Source: Candidatus Babeliales bacterium (GTDB lineage Bacteria > Babelota > Babeliae > Babelales > JBFXEV01). From it: a stretch of DNA of 64,000 nt. Positions 40,305-50,877 of the stretch are shown here, piece after piece. The translations under genes and the position numbers were made by a program. The first letter of the stretch is position 1. Each line of letters begins with the position of its first letter. The notes below the pieces were generated by a model. It was not told the DNA's origin and did not search any database. It worked only from the letters and a program-made list of their open reading frames with translations. The stretch covers positions 137,994 through 201,993 of the forward strand of contig JBFXEV010000001.1 of assembly GCA_050179755.1 (NCBI GenBank). The letters are read 5' to 3'.

Positions 40305-41498
40305 TTAGGCTGCCATAAATGCTTCTAAAAAGCCAAGCCATTTGGTCCATTCTGACCATAACAGCTTTTCATATGAATATTCAATACGGTATAATGGCAA
40401 ATAGATCGTTAAGCCTTTGGCATCACGGTATTTTTGGCTTACCGAATTTGCAATCACGGCTTTAGAAATAAGTGGCAATGTAGAACGAATTAAATCTTGC
40501 AAATATATTCTGCTTTTTATGTCTAAATTAATAGTATTAATATTAGTAAACACCGTATTTAGCCATTGATACAAATCAATATATGATTCACCACCAAATG
40601 GCAAACATACACCTTTCTGTAATGTAGTTACCAATCCTTCACGAATGATCGCTTTATCTCTTTTCTTTAGTTCTTTACTATAAAATTGACTAAACAAATT
40701 TAATTTATTTACTACTGCATCAAGTTGTTTCAAATCAATCGCTGAAAGTGTGTACTCTTGATTTGTTTTTTTATAGCACTCTGCATACGCTTTGACCATA
40801 TGCTTTGCCAAATCAATTGGCTGGGGAGCACCTGATTTAAATGGCGCCAGCGTCAATGCATATTGATAACCATGCCCAGGAATAGTATCTTCTGACGCCA
40901 CATAATAATCTGCATAGCGGGCAAACGTATAAGCAACTTCTAATGAGCCCATTAAGCATGCATCACAAGCCACAAGATCAATTTTTTTGCCACCACGGAA
41001 TTTATCACAAATCCAGCCAAATGCTGCAAAGCAATCACGATCAGTCAAATAATGGTGGGTAGTATCATCAAAACAAATACCTTTTATTGCACTTGGCCTT
41101 CTGTTGAGCGGTCCGCTACCATGATCCCACAATACTACCGCAAAATGCTCTGATGGATAATCAGTATGCGCCCATTCCAAAGCTTCAATAAACGTTGCAA
41201 CATCACCACTGTCTTTTACTGTCACATCTCCAATAGGCACTAAGTTATCTTTTTCAACATAGTATTTAATGGTTTTCTTTTCTTCATTTTCTCGTTTGAC
41301 AGTAGTATATGCAATAATGTTTACATATTCATTAGAGCCAATTTCCATCATTTCTTTAAGATCAAGATCTGCATATTTTGCTAAGTTATTATCTCCTGCA
41401 ATATACACAAGAAAGGTCCAGGGCTTGTTATCAGCACAGATTAATGATGCCACAAAAAATAAATATATATTTACAAAACTGAATATTCTTTGGTTCAT
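40305..41498 (-). CDS. Clostripain-family (C11) cysteine peptidase, exported
   Basis: WTFLVYIAGDNNL, WDHGSG (His), DACLMG (Cys), ASE. Confidence 0.9.
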   Translation of the reverse strand: MNQRIFSFVNIYLFFVASLICADNKPWTFLVYIAGDNNLAKYADLDLKEMMEIGSNEYVNIIAYTTVKRENEEKKTIKYYVEKDNLVPIGDVTVKDSGDVATFIEALEWAHTDYPSEHFAVVLWDHGSGPLNRRPSAIKGICFDDTTHHYLTDRDCFAAFGWICDKFRGGKKIDLVACDACLMGSLEVAYTFARYADYYVASEDTIPGHGYQYALTLAPFKSGAPQPIDLAKHMVKAYAECYKKTNQEYTLSAIDLKQLDAVVNKLNLFSQFYSKELKKRDKAIIREGLVTTLQKGVCLPFGGESYIDLYQWLNTVFTNINTINLDIKSRIYLQDLIRSTLPLISKAVIANSVSQKYRDAKGLTIYLPLYRIEYSYEKLLWSEWTKWLGFLEAFMAA

Positions 41499-41565
41499 GC
41501 CTGCTCCTTAAGAATTAAGGCTTAAGAAATTTGCTATGCTTTCTAAAATTTCTATAATTACAATC

Positions 41566-42777
41566 TTACTTCTTCAAATATGCTTGCAAGAAACTTGTCC
41601 ACTGAGCAGCACCGGTCCACAATAAATTCTTGTAAGAAGAGTCCATTACGGTACGCGGAAAATAAATAGTCATACCATATGATTTGGCATAATTTTTACT
41701 ATTACAACGAGCAAGCACTGCTTTGGTAATAAGTGGTAATGTTGCAGTAATTAAGTCTTTCAAGGTTTTAGTATCTTGCGTACTTAATTTCATAGTCACT
41801 ATATTATTTTGTATATTACTAAGCCATTGATATAAATCAATATAATCCATGGTACCATAATGTATGGTTGCCGCTGGTGCAATGAGTGCGGCCAATGCTT
41901 GTTTAAGATTAGTTTTGTTAGGAGTTTTTAATTGCGAGATAAAGAATTGCGCTATCTTATTAAGATTAGTCACCACTGCATCAAGTTGTTTTAAATCAAG
42001 TGCAGACAGTGTATAATCCCAACCAGATGTTTTATAAGCATCGTCATACGCCTTTACCATGCTTTTTGCAAAATCAACAGGTTTTGGATTTCCATTTTTA
42101 AGAGGTGCAAGCGCACGTGCATATTGATAACCATAACCAGGAATATTTTCTTCTGATGCAACAAAATAATCAACATACGTGCGGAACGTATGGGCAACTT
42201 CAAGTGATGCCATTAAGCACGCATCGCATGCTACAATATCAATCTTCTTGCCATTGCGATACGTATTATTTACGTACTTAAATACGTCGCAACAATCACG
42301 ATCAGTCAAAAAATGGTGCGTTGTATCATCCCAACATATACCTTTCCAACCTTGCGGGCTTCTGCCAGGATTCAAAGTTCCACTACCATGATCCCATAAA
42401 ACCACCGCTATGCGATCAGACGGATAATTAACTACCGCCCATTCCAGTGCTTTTTTAAAGGTTGCAACAGAACCACTATCTTCTACCGTGGTAGAGCCAA
42501 TCTTTTTTAATGATCCTGGAAGAACTTCATACCGATTTGTTTGTTTTGGTTTGCCTACTTGTTTTTCTGTAGTGTAAGCAATGATATGCGCATTTGCATT
42601 GGAGCCAACTTTCATCATCTCGCCCAAATCAAGCGTCACAAATTGTGCAAGGTTATTATCGCCAGCAATATAAACAAAGAATGTCCATGGTTTTTTGGGG
42701 GCCTTGGCTGCCTTACAAGGCAGCCAAGCCATTGATACTAAACTAAGTGCTACTATTACTATTCTTCTTTTATTCAT
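41566..42777 (-). CDS. Clostripain-family (C11) cysteine peptidase, exported
   Basis: WTFFVYIAGDNNL, WDHGSG, DACLMA, ASEE; tandem paralog of the previous gene. Confidence 0.9.
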   Translation of the reverse strand: MNKRRIVIVALSLVSMAWLPCKAAKAPKKPWTFFVYIAGDNNLAQFVTLDLGEMMKVGSNANAHIIAYTTEKQVGKPKQTNRYEVLPGSLKKIGSTTVEDSGSVATFKKALEWAVVNYPSDRIAVVLWDHGSGTLNPGRSPQGWKGICWDDTTHHFLTDRDCCDVFKYVNNTYRNGKKIDIVACDACLMASLEVAHTFRTYVDYFVASEENIPGYGYQYARALAPLKNGNPKPVDFAKSMVKAYDDAYKTSGWDYTLSALDLKQLDAVVTNLNKIAQFFISQLKTPNKTNLKQALAALIAPAATIHYGTMDYIDLYQWLSNIQNNIVTMKLSTQDTKTLKDLITATLPLITKAVLARCNSKNYAKSYGMTIYFPRTVMDSSYKNLLWTGAAQWTSFLQAYLKK

Positions 42778-42790
42778 ACTCTTACTCCCT

Positions 42791-44767
42791 TTAGAGTGAA
42801 ATGAGTAATAATGATACGATTGACATTAACTTAATTAAAATATTAAGCGCAGGTCCTGAGGTGTCTTTAAAGGGATCGCCCACCGTGTCGCCAATCACAG
42901 CCGCGCGATGCGCATCTGATCCTTTGCCACCAACATTACCCGCTTCAATATATTTCTTTGCATTATCCCAAGCGCCACCGCCATTAGACATCATAAGCGC
43001 AAGCAATACGCCAACAACGGTTGCACCAACAAGTAAACCGCCAAGAGCTTCTACGCCCATGGTATATTTTACTATAACTGGCACAATCACGGTGAGCACA
43101 CCAGGCAATACCATTTCACGCAATGAAGCTTTAGTAGCAATAGCAATGCAGCGTTCATAATCAGGTTGAGCAGTACCTGCCATAAGTCCTGGTATTTCTT
43201 TAAACTGACGGCGAACTTCCATAACCATTTTAAGAGCAGCATCACCAACTGACCTCATAGTGAGTGCAGAGACAATAAATGGCATAATGCCGCCAAGAAA
43301 CAATCCACCAAGCACAAAAGGATCTAAAACATTAAGCGCAATCAAATGTGCGCCTTGTGCATACGCAGAAAACAATGCAAGCGCTGTCAGTAATGCAGAA
43401 CCAATTGCAAAGCCTTTACCAATAGCTGCGGTAGTATTACCCAACGCATCAAGTTTATCAGTAATCGCACGCACGTCTTTACCAAAACCCGACATTTCTG
43501 CAATACCGCCTGCGTTATCTGCAATCGGCCCATATGCATCAACACTCATGGTAATACCTACTGTTGCAAGCATAGAAACTGCAGCAAGTGCAATGCCATA
43601 GAGCCCACCACCATAGGTAAATGAAACAAGCACAGAAATTACCAAAACTATAATAGGAAGTGCTGTTGACTCCATGCCAAGCGACAATCCATAAATCAAG
43701 TTCGTTGCAGCACCAGATTGCGAACTGTGTGCCAACTTTACAACTGGCGTGCTGCCAGTGTAATACTCTGTAATTGACCCAATAAGCATGCCCGTAACAC
43801 AACCCACCACTATTGCAGTGAATAGTGTGAAATCTAATGAGGCATATTTTAAATATACGGCAGAAGCTGCCAAAAATACTGCTATTGCCACGTATGTAGC
43901 ATTTCTAAGCATTGCAGCAGGATTAACTTTAAAAAAGAAGTTTGAAGCAAGACCAGCAGCAGAACTAAAAAGCCCCATAATGGAAAGCATTAATGGCAAC
44001 GTTACATAACCAAGCGTGCTATATGCAGGTGAAGTTATTGCAAGAATAATGGTTGATACCATAGCACCAACATATGATTCAAAAATATCAGCACCCATTC
44101 CAGCAGTATCGCCAACACAATCACCCACGTTATCAGCAATAACTGCTGGATTTCGAGGATCGTCTTCTGGAATGCCTGCTTCTAGTTTACCCACCAAGTC
44201 TGCACCAACGTCTGCTGATTTAGTATAAATACCACCGCCCACGCGCGCAAAAAAAGCAACCAAACTTGCCCCAAAACCAAAACTAGTAAGGAGTGAAATA
44301 AAATCTGGATGTTCAATAAATAAGTAAACAACTGCACCAACACCTAGTAAACCAAATGTTGCCACTGCAAAACCCATTACACCACCGCCAAAAAAGGCAG
44401 TTAAAAATGCTTGGTGTTCACCTTGTTGCTTTGCAGCCATAGTGGTGCGCACGTTTGCAATAGTTGCTGCGCGCATGCCCACATAACCAGTTATTGCAGA
44501 AAGCAATGAACCTGCAATAAACACTAATGCATTCACCGGCGCTGCAAAATATGCAAGCGCAAGCGCTAGTACGCCCACAACAATAGCAATAATTCTGTAT
44601 TCTTCACGCAAAAAGGTCATTGCACCCTTTTGAATGGCATCGGCAATTGACTGCGCTTTGGCATCGTCAACTTTGATACTTCTAATACGTGTGAACAAGC
44701 CATATACAATGGCTAACCCAAACAGTACGGCAATCTTGCCTAATAATGTTACCGCTAATAACGTCAT
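42791..44767 (-). CDS. hppA: Membrane-bound pyrophosphatase, K+-dependent type
   Basis: [54 protein letters not shown]. Confidence 0.95.
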   Translation of the reverse strand: MTLLAVTLLGKIAVLFGLAIVYGLFTRIRSIKVDDAKAQSIADAIQKGAMTFLREEYRIIAIVVGVLALALAYFAAPVNALVFIAGSLLSAITGYVGMRAATIANVRTTMAAKQQGEHQAFLTAFFGGGVMGFAVATFGLLGVGAVVYLFIEHPDFISLLTSFGFGASLVAFFARVGGGIYTKSADVGADLVGKLEAGIPEDDPRNPAVIADNVGDCVGDTAGMGADIFESYVGAMVSTIILAITSPAYSTLGYVTLPLMLSIMGLFSSAAGLASNFFFKVNPAAMLRNATYVAIAVFLAASAVYLKYASLDFTLFTAIVVGCVTGMLIGSITEYYTGSTPVVKLAHSSQSGAATNLIYGLSLGMESTALPIIVLVISVLVSFTYGGGLYGIALAAVSMLATVGITMSVDAYGPIADNAGGIAEMSGFGKDVRAITDKLDALGNTTAAIGKGFAIGSALLTALALFSAYAQGAHLIALNVLDPFVLGGLFLGGIMPFIVSALTMRSVGDAALKMVMEVRRQFKEIPGLMAGTAQPDYERCIAIATKASLREMVLPGVLTVIVPVIVKYTMGVEALGGLLVGATVVGVLLALMMSNGGGAWDNAKKYIEAGNVGGKGSDAHRAAVIGDTVGDPFKDTSGPALNILIKLMSIVSLLLISL

Positions 44768-44883
44768 ATAATGAAACTCCTACAGTAAAAATTATATTTT
44801 CTGGTTACATATTACTTCAAGAGAAAATTATTGTAAACCATAGTTCAGTATACAAAAAAAGCGATTCTGCCATACTTTATTCT

Positions 44884-45624
44884 ATGGAAACACCTCAATT
44901 ATCAGGCTTTTTATTCATTAATAAGCCCAAAGACATAACATCATTTGAGTGCATCAGAAAACTACAAAAAATAGTGGGCTATAAAAAAGGCATTGGCCAT
45001 ACTGGCACGTTAGATCCTTTTGCCACAGGTCTTTTGATTATTGCATTTGGCCGCAGCGCCACAAAACATAGTGATAAATTCTTAAGACTAGATAAAACAT
45101 ATGTTGCTAAAGGCAAGTTAGGCCAGCTTACTGATACATTAGATTATACAGGCACGGTGATTGTTCAAGCTGATGCTTCTGCAATTCATCAATTTGATAT
45201 AGAATCTGCCATTCAACAACTTGGCATCCAGTACACGCAAACACCACCAATCTATGCAGCTCTTAAGCATCAAGGAAAACCTCTTTATCAACTGGCTCGT
45301 AATGAAGAACTTACGGCCCAAGAACTTGCACAAATTGCTGAACAAAAACAAAGAACGGTGAACTTATATAAACTTGAACTTATTGACTGGCAGCCACCTT
45401 TCTTTACGCTAAAAGCGCATGTCTCTCACGGCACGTATATTCGATCGCTCGTCAATGATATTGCACAACGCGCAGGCTCATGCGCTACCACGTATGAACT
45501 TGAAAGAACCAATATTGGTCCATTTTCACTAGATAATGCAATAACTCTTAATGAGATTACAACACTTGATGATATTAAAAAACATCTCATTTCAATTAAA
45601 AATATGCTCGACTATCTGTGTTAG
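44884..45624 (+). CDS. truB: tRNA pseudouridine(55) synthase (short form)
   Basis: INKP, GHTGTLDPFATG, QTPPIYAALK, SHGTYIRSL; start moved to the ATG at 44884. Confidence 0.93.
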   Translation: METPQLSGFLFINKPKDITSFECIRKLQKIVGYKKGIGHTGTLDPFATGLLIIAFGRSATKHSDKFLRLDKTYVAKGKLGQLTDTLDYTGTVIVQADASAIHQFDIESAIQQLGIQYTQTPPIYAALKHQGKPLYQLARNEELTAQELAQIAEQKQRTVNLYKLELIDWQPPFFTLKAHVSHGTYIRSLVNDIAQRAGSCATTYELERTNIGPFSLDNAITLNEITTLDDIKKHLISIKNMLDYLC

Positions 45625-45712
45625 TTAATGCTGCTATAGGCCGTTTTAATGTTTTGCTGCAGATTGAATTTCAGCTTTTACGCGTTGCGATCTTGGTTTC
45701 TAAGGTTTTGTT

Positions 45713-46564
45713 TTAAACATCGTGCTTAATGTCAAACTTCATTCGCTCAATATATACCCAATCTAATAACGTTATCTTGGCAGGGCAATTGCCACAATGT
45801 TCGCCATTTTTACAATCAAACCATTTTTCACAAAAAACATCTGCCACAGTCCTACCAGTGCCATCTTTTTGCTGTAATATTTCACGCAGTTTAGTAATTA
45901 TTTGATCAAATTTTGTTTGAGCATCTGCTTTTTTCTTTACATCTTCTTCGCAAACAACTTGGTATAATCCTCCTTGCGCAAGGCATATGCTGCGCACTAA
46001 TTGCCTAAGTACTACTTTACCATCCGGTACCTGACTTCTTGGATAACTATGTTTAGCATCGGTAATTCTATCAGCGCATAGATGAAATAAAGTTTTTTTA
46101 TTTGCTTTAAGAGTGACTGCAAAATCAGCTCCATGACTTAGCAACAAATCCACTGATTGCCATGCATGCTTTAATTGTTGTTGGCAACGCTCATCACTAT
46201 CAGCCTTTATGTATAGTGCTTGAGCCACTGCTACATACAATGGAGATTTCCCCGTGTATGTATCAACCACATTCACTGCAGCCTTTGCTTGGAGCAAGGC
46301 ATTTGCAACCACAACAGATCCTTGTTTTATTGCTATCATTAAAGGAGCTTCACCCGGAAACTTCCGATTTGATTTATTAGCAGCGTTAACGTCAACGCCG
46401 GATTTATCAATTACATTTTGTAATAACAAGATGTCCCCTGTTGTTACCGCGTGCATAAAACGCAACTGATTGCCTACTGCTTCCTTATTCATAGCAACTA
46501 TTGCGTTTGCGGCAACAGCTATCAATAAAAAAAAGAAAATGTGCAATTTTTTAGAGTCTTGCAA
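45713..46564 (-). CDS. Exported ankyrin-repeat protein with Cys/His-rich C-terminus
   Basis: Signal IVA-MNK; GEAPLMIA, GKSPLYVA; start uncertain (TTG overlapping the murE end). Confidence 0.75.
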   Translation of the reverse strand: MQDSKKLHIFFFLLIAVAANAIVAMNKEAVGNQLRFMHAVTTGDILLLQNVIDKSGVDVNAANKSNRKFPGEAPLMIAIKQGSVVVANALLQAKAAVNVVDTYTGKSPLYVAVAQALYIKADSDERCQQQLKHAWQSVDLLLSHGADFAVTLKANKKTLFHLCADRITDAKHSYPRSQVPDGKVVLRQLVRSICLAQGGLYQVVCEEDVKKKADAQTKFDQIITKLREILQQKDGTGRTVADVFCEKWFDCKNGEHCGNCPAKITLLDWVYIERMKFDIKHDV

Positions 46565-47981
46565 TAATCTCGCGCTCAATGAATTTATATTTAACGCCTT
46601 TAATTTCTTGATACTCATCAGATCCCTTTGCAAGCAAAGCAATAATTGAATTTTTTTGACTTATGGAATAAGCATATTTAATTGCTTCTTCACGATCCAG
46701 CACCGTATGCACTTTATGCATTAAATCTGGCGCTATACCTCGTTTAATATCTTCAATAATATGTTCTGGTTCTTCACTCCTTGGATTATCAGTGGTAAGC
46801 ACGATTGAATCTGCATATTTTGCAGCAATTCCACCCAAGATTGGCCGCTTAATAGTATCACGATTGCCACCGATGCCAAACACTACAATGAGATCTTTAG
46901 TATGTGCACACAAAGTTGAAAGCACTGCCTCAAATGATGATGGCGTATGTGCATGATCAATAATACACTGTGCACCATTGGGCAGCCCATATGTTTGCAT
47001 GCGCCCTTTAACTCCCGGAAAATTTTCTAAGCTACTCTGCAAAATTTCAGGCGCAATGCCTAAAGATTTGCATAAGGCAAAGCTCATACCAATATTATAA
47101 GCATTAAAAGTTCCCACGAGCTTGGGGCAACGCACTGCATGATCATTAATCAATAATGATAAACCCTCTGCCATAGAACTATGTTGCACACTTACGTTGT
47201 AATCAACGTCATTATTAATACCCACCGTCAAAACATTTTTTTTAGCATTAACATCTAAATGCTGCGGGATATCTGTTACTCTTGCATCATCACCATTTAG
47301 CACAATTGGTGCATCAACACTCAACTGTTCTAATATTTTACATTTTGCTGCAAAATACTCATCTTGTGTTGCATAAAATTCTGCATGCTCTTGCGAAAAG
47401 TTAGTAAAAATAACGCCAGCAAATTGTATGCCATGCACCCGAGAAAGTGAAAGCGCTTGCGCAGAAACTTCCATAACTACATGTGTTACACGTTCACGCA
47501 CGCATTCGCTCAAGAAAACATGTAAATAATCTGCATGTGGTGTAGTAAGAGATTGCGGCAAAATATGCTCACCAATTTGATTATGCACGGTGCCGAGTAA
47601 CGCAGTTTTATAGCCAGCCGCTTCTAGCATTGCACGCACAATAAAGCTTGTGGTGGTTTTACCTTTGGTGCCCGTAATGCCAATGATATGCAATTGATCT
47701 GCCTGATTATCATTGTGTAGTGCTGCTAGCTGTGCAAAACGCTCACGAATATTTTCTGCATATTCAAGCTGCACGTTGTGTGCATTGAGAAATGCCACTA
47801 AATCTTGCTCAACTAGGGTATCACAAGGTGCAACAATGTGGGTTGCACCCTTTTTTACTGCATCTGGTATAAATTGTACGCCATGAGTTTTAGCTCCTGG
47901 CAACGCTACAAATATGGTGCCCTGCCCCACGTTATCGGTGTGGCAGGCAACCGGATATATTTTTGGAAATTGGTAGTTCAT
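46551..47981 (-). CDS. murE: UDP-MurNAc-tripeptide ligase
   Basis: ITGTKGKTTT, LTTP, MEVS, FTNFSQEH, DHAHTP, GGNRD, DNPR; the ORF-track 5' extension runs into a REP. Confidence 0.93.
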   Translation of the reverse strand: MNYQFPKIYPVACHTDNVGQGTIFVALPGAKTHGVQFIPDAVKKGATHIVAPCDTLVEQDLVAFLNAHNVQLEYAENIRERFAQLAALHNDNQADQLHIIGITGTKGKTTTSFIVRAMLEAAGYKTALLGTVHNQIGEHILPQSLTTPHADYLHVFLSECVRERVTHVVMEVSAQALSLSRVHGIQFAGVIFTNFSQEHAEFYATQDEYFAAKCKILEQLSVDAPIVLNGDDARVTDIPQHLDVNAKKNVLTVGINNDVDYNVSVQHSSMAEGLSLLINDHAVRCPKLVGTFNAYNIGMSFALCKSLGIAPEILQSSLENFPGVKGRMQTYGLPNGAQCIIDHAHTPSSFEAVLSTLCAHTKDLIVVFGIGGNRDTIKRPILGGIAAKYADSIVLTTDNPRSEEPEHIIEDIKRGIAPDLMHKVHTVLDREEAIKYAYSISQKNSIIALLAKGSDEYQEIKGVKYKFIEREIIARL

Positions 47982-48012
47982 GATCTTATTCAATGAGTTC
48001 CGCTCACAAGAA

Positions 48013-48092
48013 CCCTTCGACAAGATCAGGCTGAGCGGCTAAGTACATTTGTAATCGACCGCTCGTCATGTGCTTGTCGAAAAATACGAGCG
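48013..48092. repeat. Inverted pair of REP-like units, family 2
   Basis: CCCTTCGACAAGATCAGGCTGAGCGG ... CCGCTCGTCATGTGCTTGTCGAA. Confidence 0.7.
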
Positions 48093-48095
48093 ATC

Positions 48096-49442
48096 TTATA
48101 CGCCATTGCCTTTGGCAATATATTGCGCCAAACCTTTTCTAATTACTGGCAATAACCATAATATTCCCCACAAGTTGGCAGCAAGCAAGCCCGCATTCAC
48201 CAAATCAGTTGAATTCCATACTACATCCACTTTGGCCATTGCGCCTAAAAATGTAACCGCACAGTAAAGTAGCGTAAATACGTTCATGAATTTGCCACCG
48301 GTCAAAAAGATCCAACACGCGCGAGAAATATATGCATAAGCCACCAGCACGCCCATGCCAAACGTGATTGCAAGAAATGTTACCATCCAGCCGCCTGCCG
48401 TACCAAACACGGTTCTATAAGCTGCAATAGTCAAACACAAACCAGTCTCGCCGCTATTCCATACGCCACTAGCTACAATCATCCATGCAATAGAAAAGCA
48501 CACTAAATTTGCACTAATAAACGCAGAAAGCATAGACATAATACCATTTTCCACGGGACGTTCAGAGCTAGAACCGCCAAACAAAATACCTGCTGTGCCA
48601 AGACCAGCTTCAGAAGCGTTTGCACCGCGTGCAATACCAAAGCGCATAGCGTTTTGTATGGTTAAACCTAATGCAGCACCACCGATCGCTGCAGGGTTAA
48701 ATGCACCCTCCCAAATAGTATGCAATGCAGGAATTAATGATTTATAATGATACAAAATTACTAAAATGCACGTGCTAAAAAAAAGACCTACTTTTAAAGG
48801 AACAATTTTATCTGATACGGCAACAATGCGCTTTGCGCCACCAAACATTACATACATAATAAAGGCAAGCAATATACATGCAATGACCAGTTTTGGCATA
48901 AACGGCATTATAGTAATAAGCCCTTCGCGCATAGAATTTGCTTGCATTGCATTGCCACTTACCAAAGCCAGCATGAAGCATAAGAACGCATAAAAATGGG
49001 GCAAAAAAGATCCACCAGGTACGCGAGATAAATAGATCATTGGGCCGCCAAGAGCATCACCGCCAGCGCTATGCGTTGCAAAAAGAGAGCTCAAATAAAC
49101 TTCAGCATATCGCAATGCCATGCCCAAAAAACCAAGAATCACCAACCAAACAGCAACGCCAGGGCCACCTGCATACACTGCTGTTGCAACGCCTGCGATA
49201 CTTCCGTTGCCCACGCTTGCGCTTAATGCATTTAAAAATGCTTGGAACGGCGTCATGTCTTCTTTGGTCTCTGTTTTAGAAGTTTTGGGGAAGAATACAA
49301 GACTCCACATCGTAATGAAATAACGGAATTGCACAAAAAAGAGTGCAACGGTACAAACTATCGCTGCGCCCACAATAAAAATGAGTAACGGCCAGCCCCA
49401 TGCAATGTTATTTAATTGTACTACGATATCATTGAGACTCAT
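48096..49442 (-). CDS. Alanine/glycine:cation symporter (AGCS) family transporter
   Basis: TPFQA, VGNGSIAGVA, GGPG, GGPMIY, SEAGLGT. Confidence 0.9.
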   Translation of the reverse strand: MSLNDIVVQLNNIAWGWPLLIFIVGAAIVCTVALFFVQFRYFITMWSLVFFPKTSKTETKEDMTPFQAFLNALSASVGNGSIAGVATAVYAGGPGVAVWLVILGFLGMALRYAEVYLSSLFATHSAGGDALGGPMIYLSRVPGGSFLPHFYAFLCFMLALVSGNAMQANSMREGLITIMPFMPKLVIACILLAFIMYVMFGGAKRIVAVSDKIVPLKVGLFFSTCILVILYHYKSLIPALHTIWEGAFNPAAIGGAALGLTIQNAMRFGIARGANASEAGLGTAGILFGGSSSERPVENGIMSMLSAFISANLVCFSIAWMIVASGVWNSGETGLCLTIAAYRTVFGTAGGWMVTFLAITFGMGVLVAYAYISRACWIFLTGGKFMNVFTLLYCAVTFLGAMAKVDVVWNSTDLVNAGLLAANLWGILWLLPVIRKGLAQYIAKGNGV

Positions 49443-49516
49443 ATCTGCCCTTTCGTGGCATTTTAGGTTAAAATATATCTTACATAGCATACCAGAATTT
49501 TAGAAAAGAGACCCTC

Positions 49517-49936
49517 ATGAAACTATTAGGATTAGATATTGGCGACCAATGGACAGGCATTGCCATCTCCGATGACCTTCATATTATCGCATCACCCCAT
49601 CACACAGTTGCAAGCAAATATTTGGAGTCAACACTCACCAAACTTTTTGGAACCGAGAAAATACAAACAGTGGTTGTTGGTTATCCTATTACCATGAAAG
49701 GAACCGAGAGCGACCAAACGCGCAAGGTGGTGGCACATAAAGAAGAACTTGCTCAACTCTTTCCCTTTATTGAATGGGTGCTGTGGGATGAACGCCTTTC
49801 AAGCAAACAAGCAAATGCTATAAAGCACGCAAAAACCAAAGAAGAAAAATTGAAGCAGCATTCTATGGCTGCAGCATTAATTTTAAAATCATATTTAGAT
49901 CATTTGGCCTATAAAAAGGATTTGGCAGGATCTTAA
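49517..49936 (+). CDS. ruvX: YqgF/RuvX family RNase H-fold nuclease
   Basis: LGLDIG...GIAISD, VVGYP, WDERLSS, AAALIL. Confidence 0.9.
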   Translation: MKLLGLDIGDQWTGIAISDDLHIIASPHHTVASKYLESTLTKLFGTEKIQTVVVGYPITMKGTESDQTRKVVAHKEELAQLFPFIEWVLWDERLSSKQANAIKHAKTKEEKLKQHSMAAALILKSYLDHLAYKKDLAGS

Positions 49937-49947
49937 ATTTTAGGCAG

Positions 49948-49977
49948 TTGACAATCGATAGCTCCCTCAGGTAAGGT
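49948..49977 (+). promoter_or_regulatory. Putative sigma70 promoter
   Basis: TTGACA-N18-TAAGGT upstream of the 50011 small ORF. Confidence 0.45.
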
Positions 49978-50010
49978 AGAAGTAAGAGGAAAAGCAGTAA
50001 AGGAGGGAGC

Positions 50011-50190
50011 ATGAAGTGTAAAAAATGCTCAGGATTAATGGTATTGCAATCATTCTTTGATCATTTTATGAACTTTGATGGTTGGAAATGCTTAAACTGT
50101 GGCAAAATCATCCCCAAAAAAGAGAAATCAATTGAAGCCGATGCTTTTAGCATCTTTTACCAGCAGCAAAAATGTAAGAACAAAAAGTAG
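50011..50190 (+). CDS. 59-aa zinc-ribbon-like small protein (below the ORF-track cutoff)
   Basis: AAGGAGG RBS; MKCKKCSGLMVLQSFFDHFMNFDGWKCLNCGKII... with two CxxC motifs. Confidence 0.75.
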   Translation: MKCKKCSGLMVLQSFFDHFMNFDGWKCLNCGKIIPKKEKSIEADAFSIFYQQQKCKNKK

Positions 50191-50196
50191 CTTCAC

Positions 50197-50877
50197 ATGA
50201 TCTCATTCATTATTAGCACTGATTACACGCACACAACGATTGCTCTTTGTAAAGAGAAGCGCATTATTGCCCAAATTCAAGAAGAGAATAAAAACACCAG
50301 CAAGTATATGCTTATGCATATGCAAGCACTTCTTAAGGAGCATGGCAGTAAGCTGAGCGATGTAACTTTTATTGGGATCAATCAAGGCCCCGGGCCGTTT
50401 ACTACTTTGCGGGTAACGCTTGCCACCATTAATGGTATTGCCTTTGCAAGCACTATTCCATTAGTAGGCATTGACGGCATTAAAGCACTGGTAGAAGAAA
50501 ATAAGGATACAAACTATCCATATACAGTTGCTTTGCTCAATGCTTTTAATGATGAAGCATATTATGCCATACAGATACCTGACACTGACTTAAACATTGG
50601 CTATAAAAAAATTGACGCGTTTTTGCAAGAACTTAAAAATGAATTTTCTGATGTTAAGTTTCGTTTGATTGGTTCTGGTGTGAACACCTTTAAAGAACAA
50701 ATCACAAAAATACTTGGCAGGCAAGCACTAATTCCTGACTCTGTACCTTTGGCACCATCACTTGAATTTTTGGCACAAAGAGCCGTGAGCCTCTATAATG
50801 CGCAAGACGTGCACCATAAACTCTTACCACTCTATTTAAAAATAATGAATTATAAAACATCAATTACTATTCACTAA
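50197..50877 (+). CDS. tsaB: tRNA t6A biosynthesis protein TsaB
   Basis: GPGPFTTLRV...NGIA, C-terminal PLYLK. Confidence 0.88.
   Translation: MISFIISTDYTHTTIALCKEKRIIAQIQEENKNTSKYMLMHMQALLKEHGSKLSDVTFIGINQGPGPFTTLRVTLATINGIAFASTIPLVGIDGIKALVEENKDTNYPYTVALLNAFNDEAYYAIQIPDTDLNIGYKKIDAFLQELKNEFSDVKFRLIGSGVNTFKEQITKILGRQALIPDSVPLAPSLEFLAQRAVSLYNAQDVHHKLLPLYLKIMNYKTSITIH

Noticed and set aside
42801..44228. Several plus-strand ORFs opposite hppA
   Set aside because: Antisense shadows of a conserved gene; the same applies to the other short nested ORFs in the track
44746..44883. Long N-terminal extensions given for truB (also 54390-54554 and 57949-58137)
   Set aside because: They overlap divergent genes or promoters; downstream ATGs fit RBS position or family start better
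47982..48023. N-terminal extension of MurE (MSKGSCERN...)
   Set aside because: Begins within the REP family 2 sequence; the ATG at 47981 is more plausible
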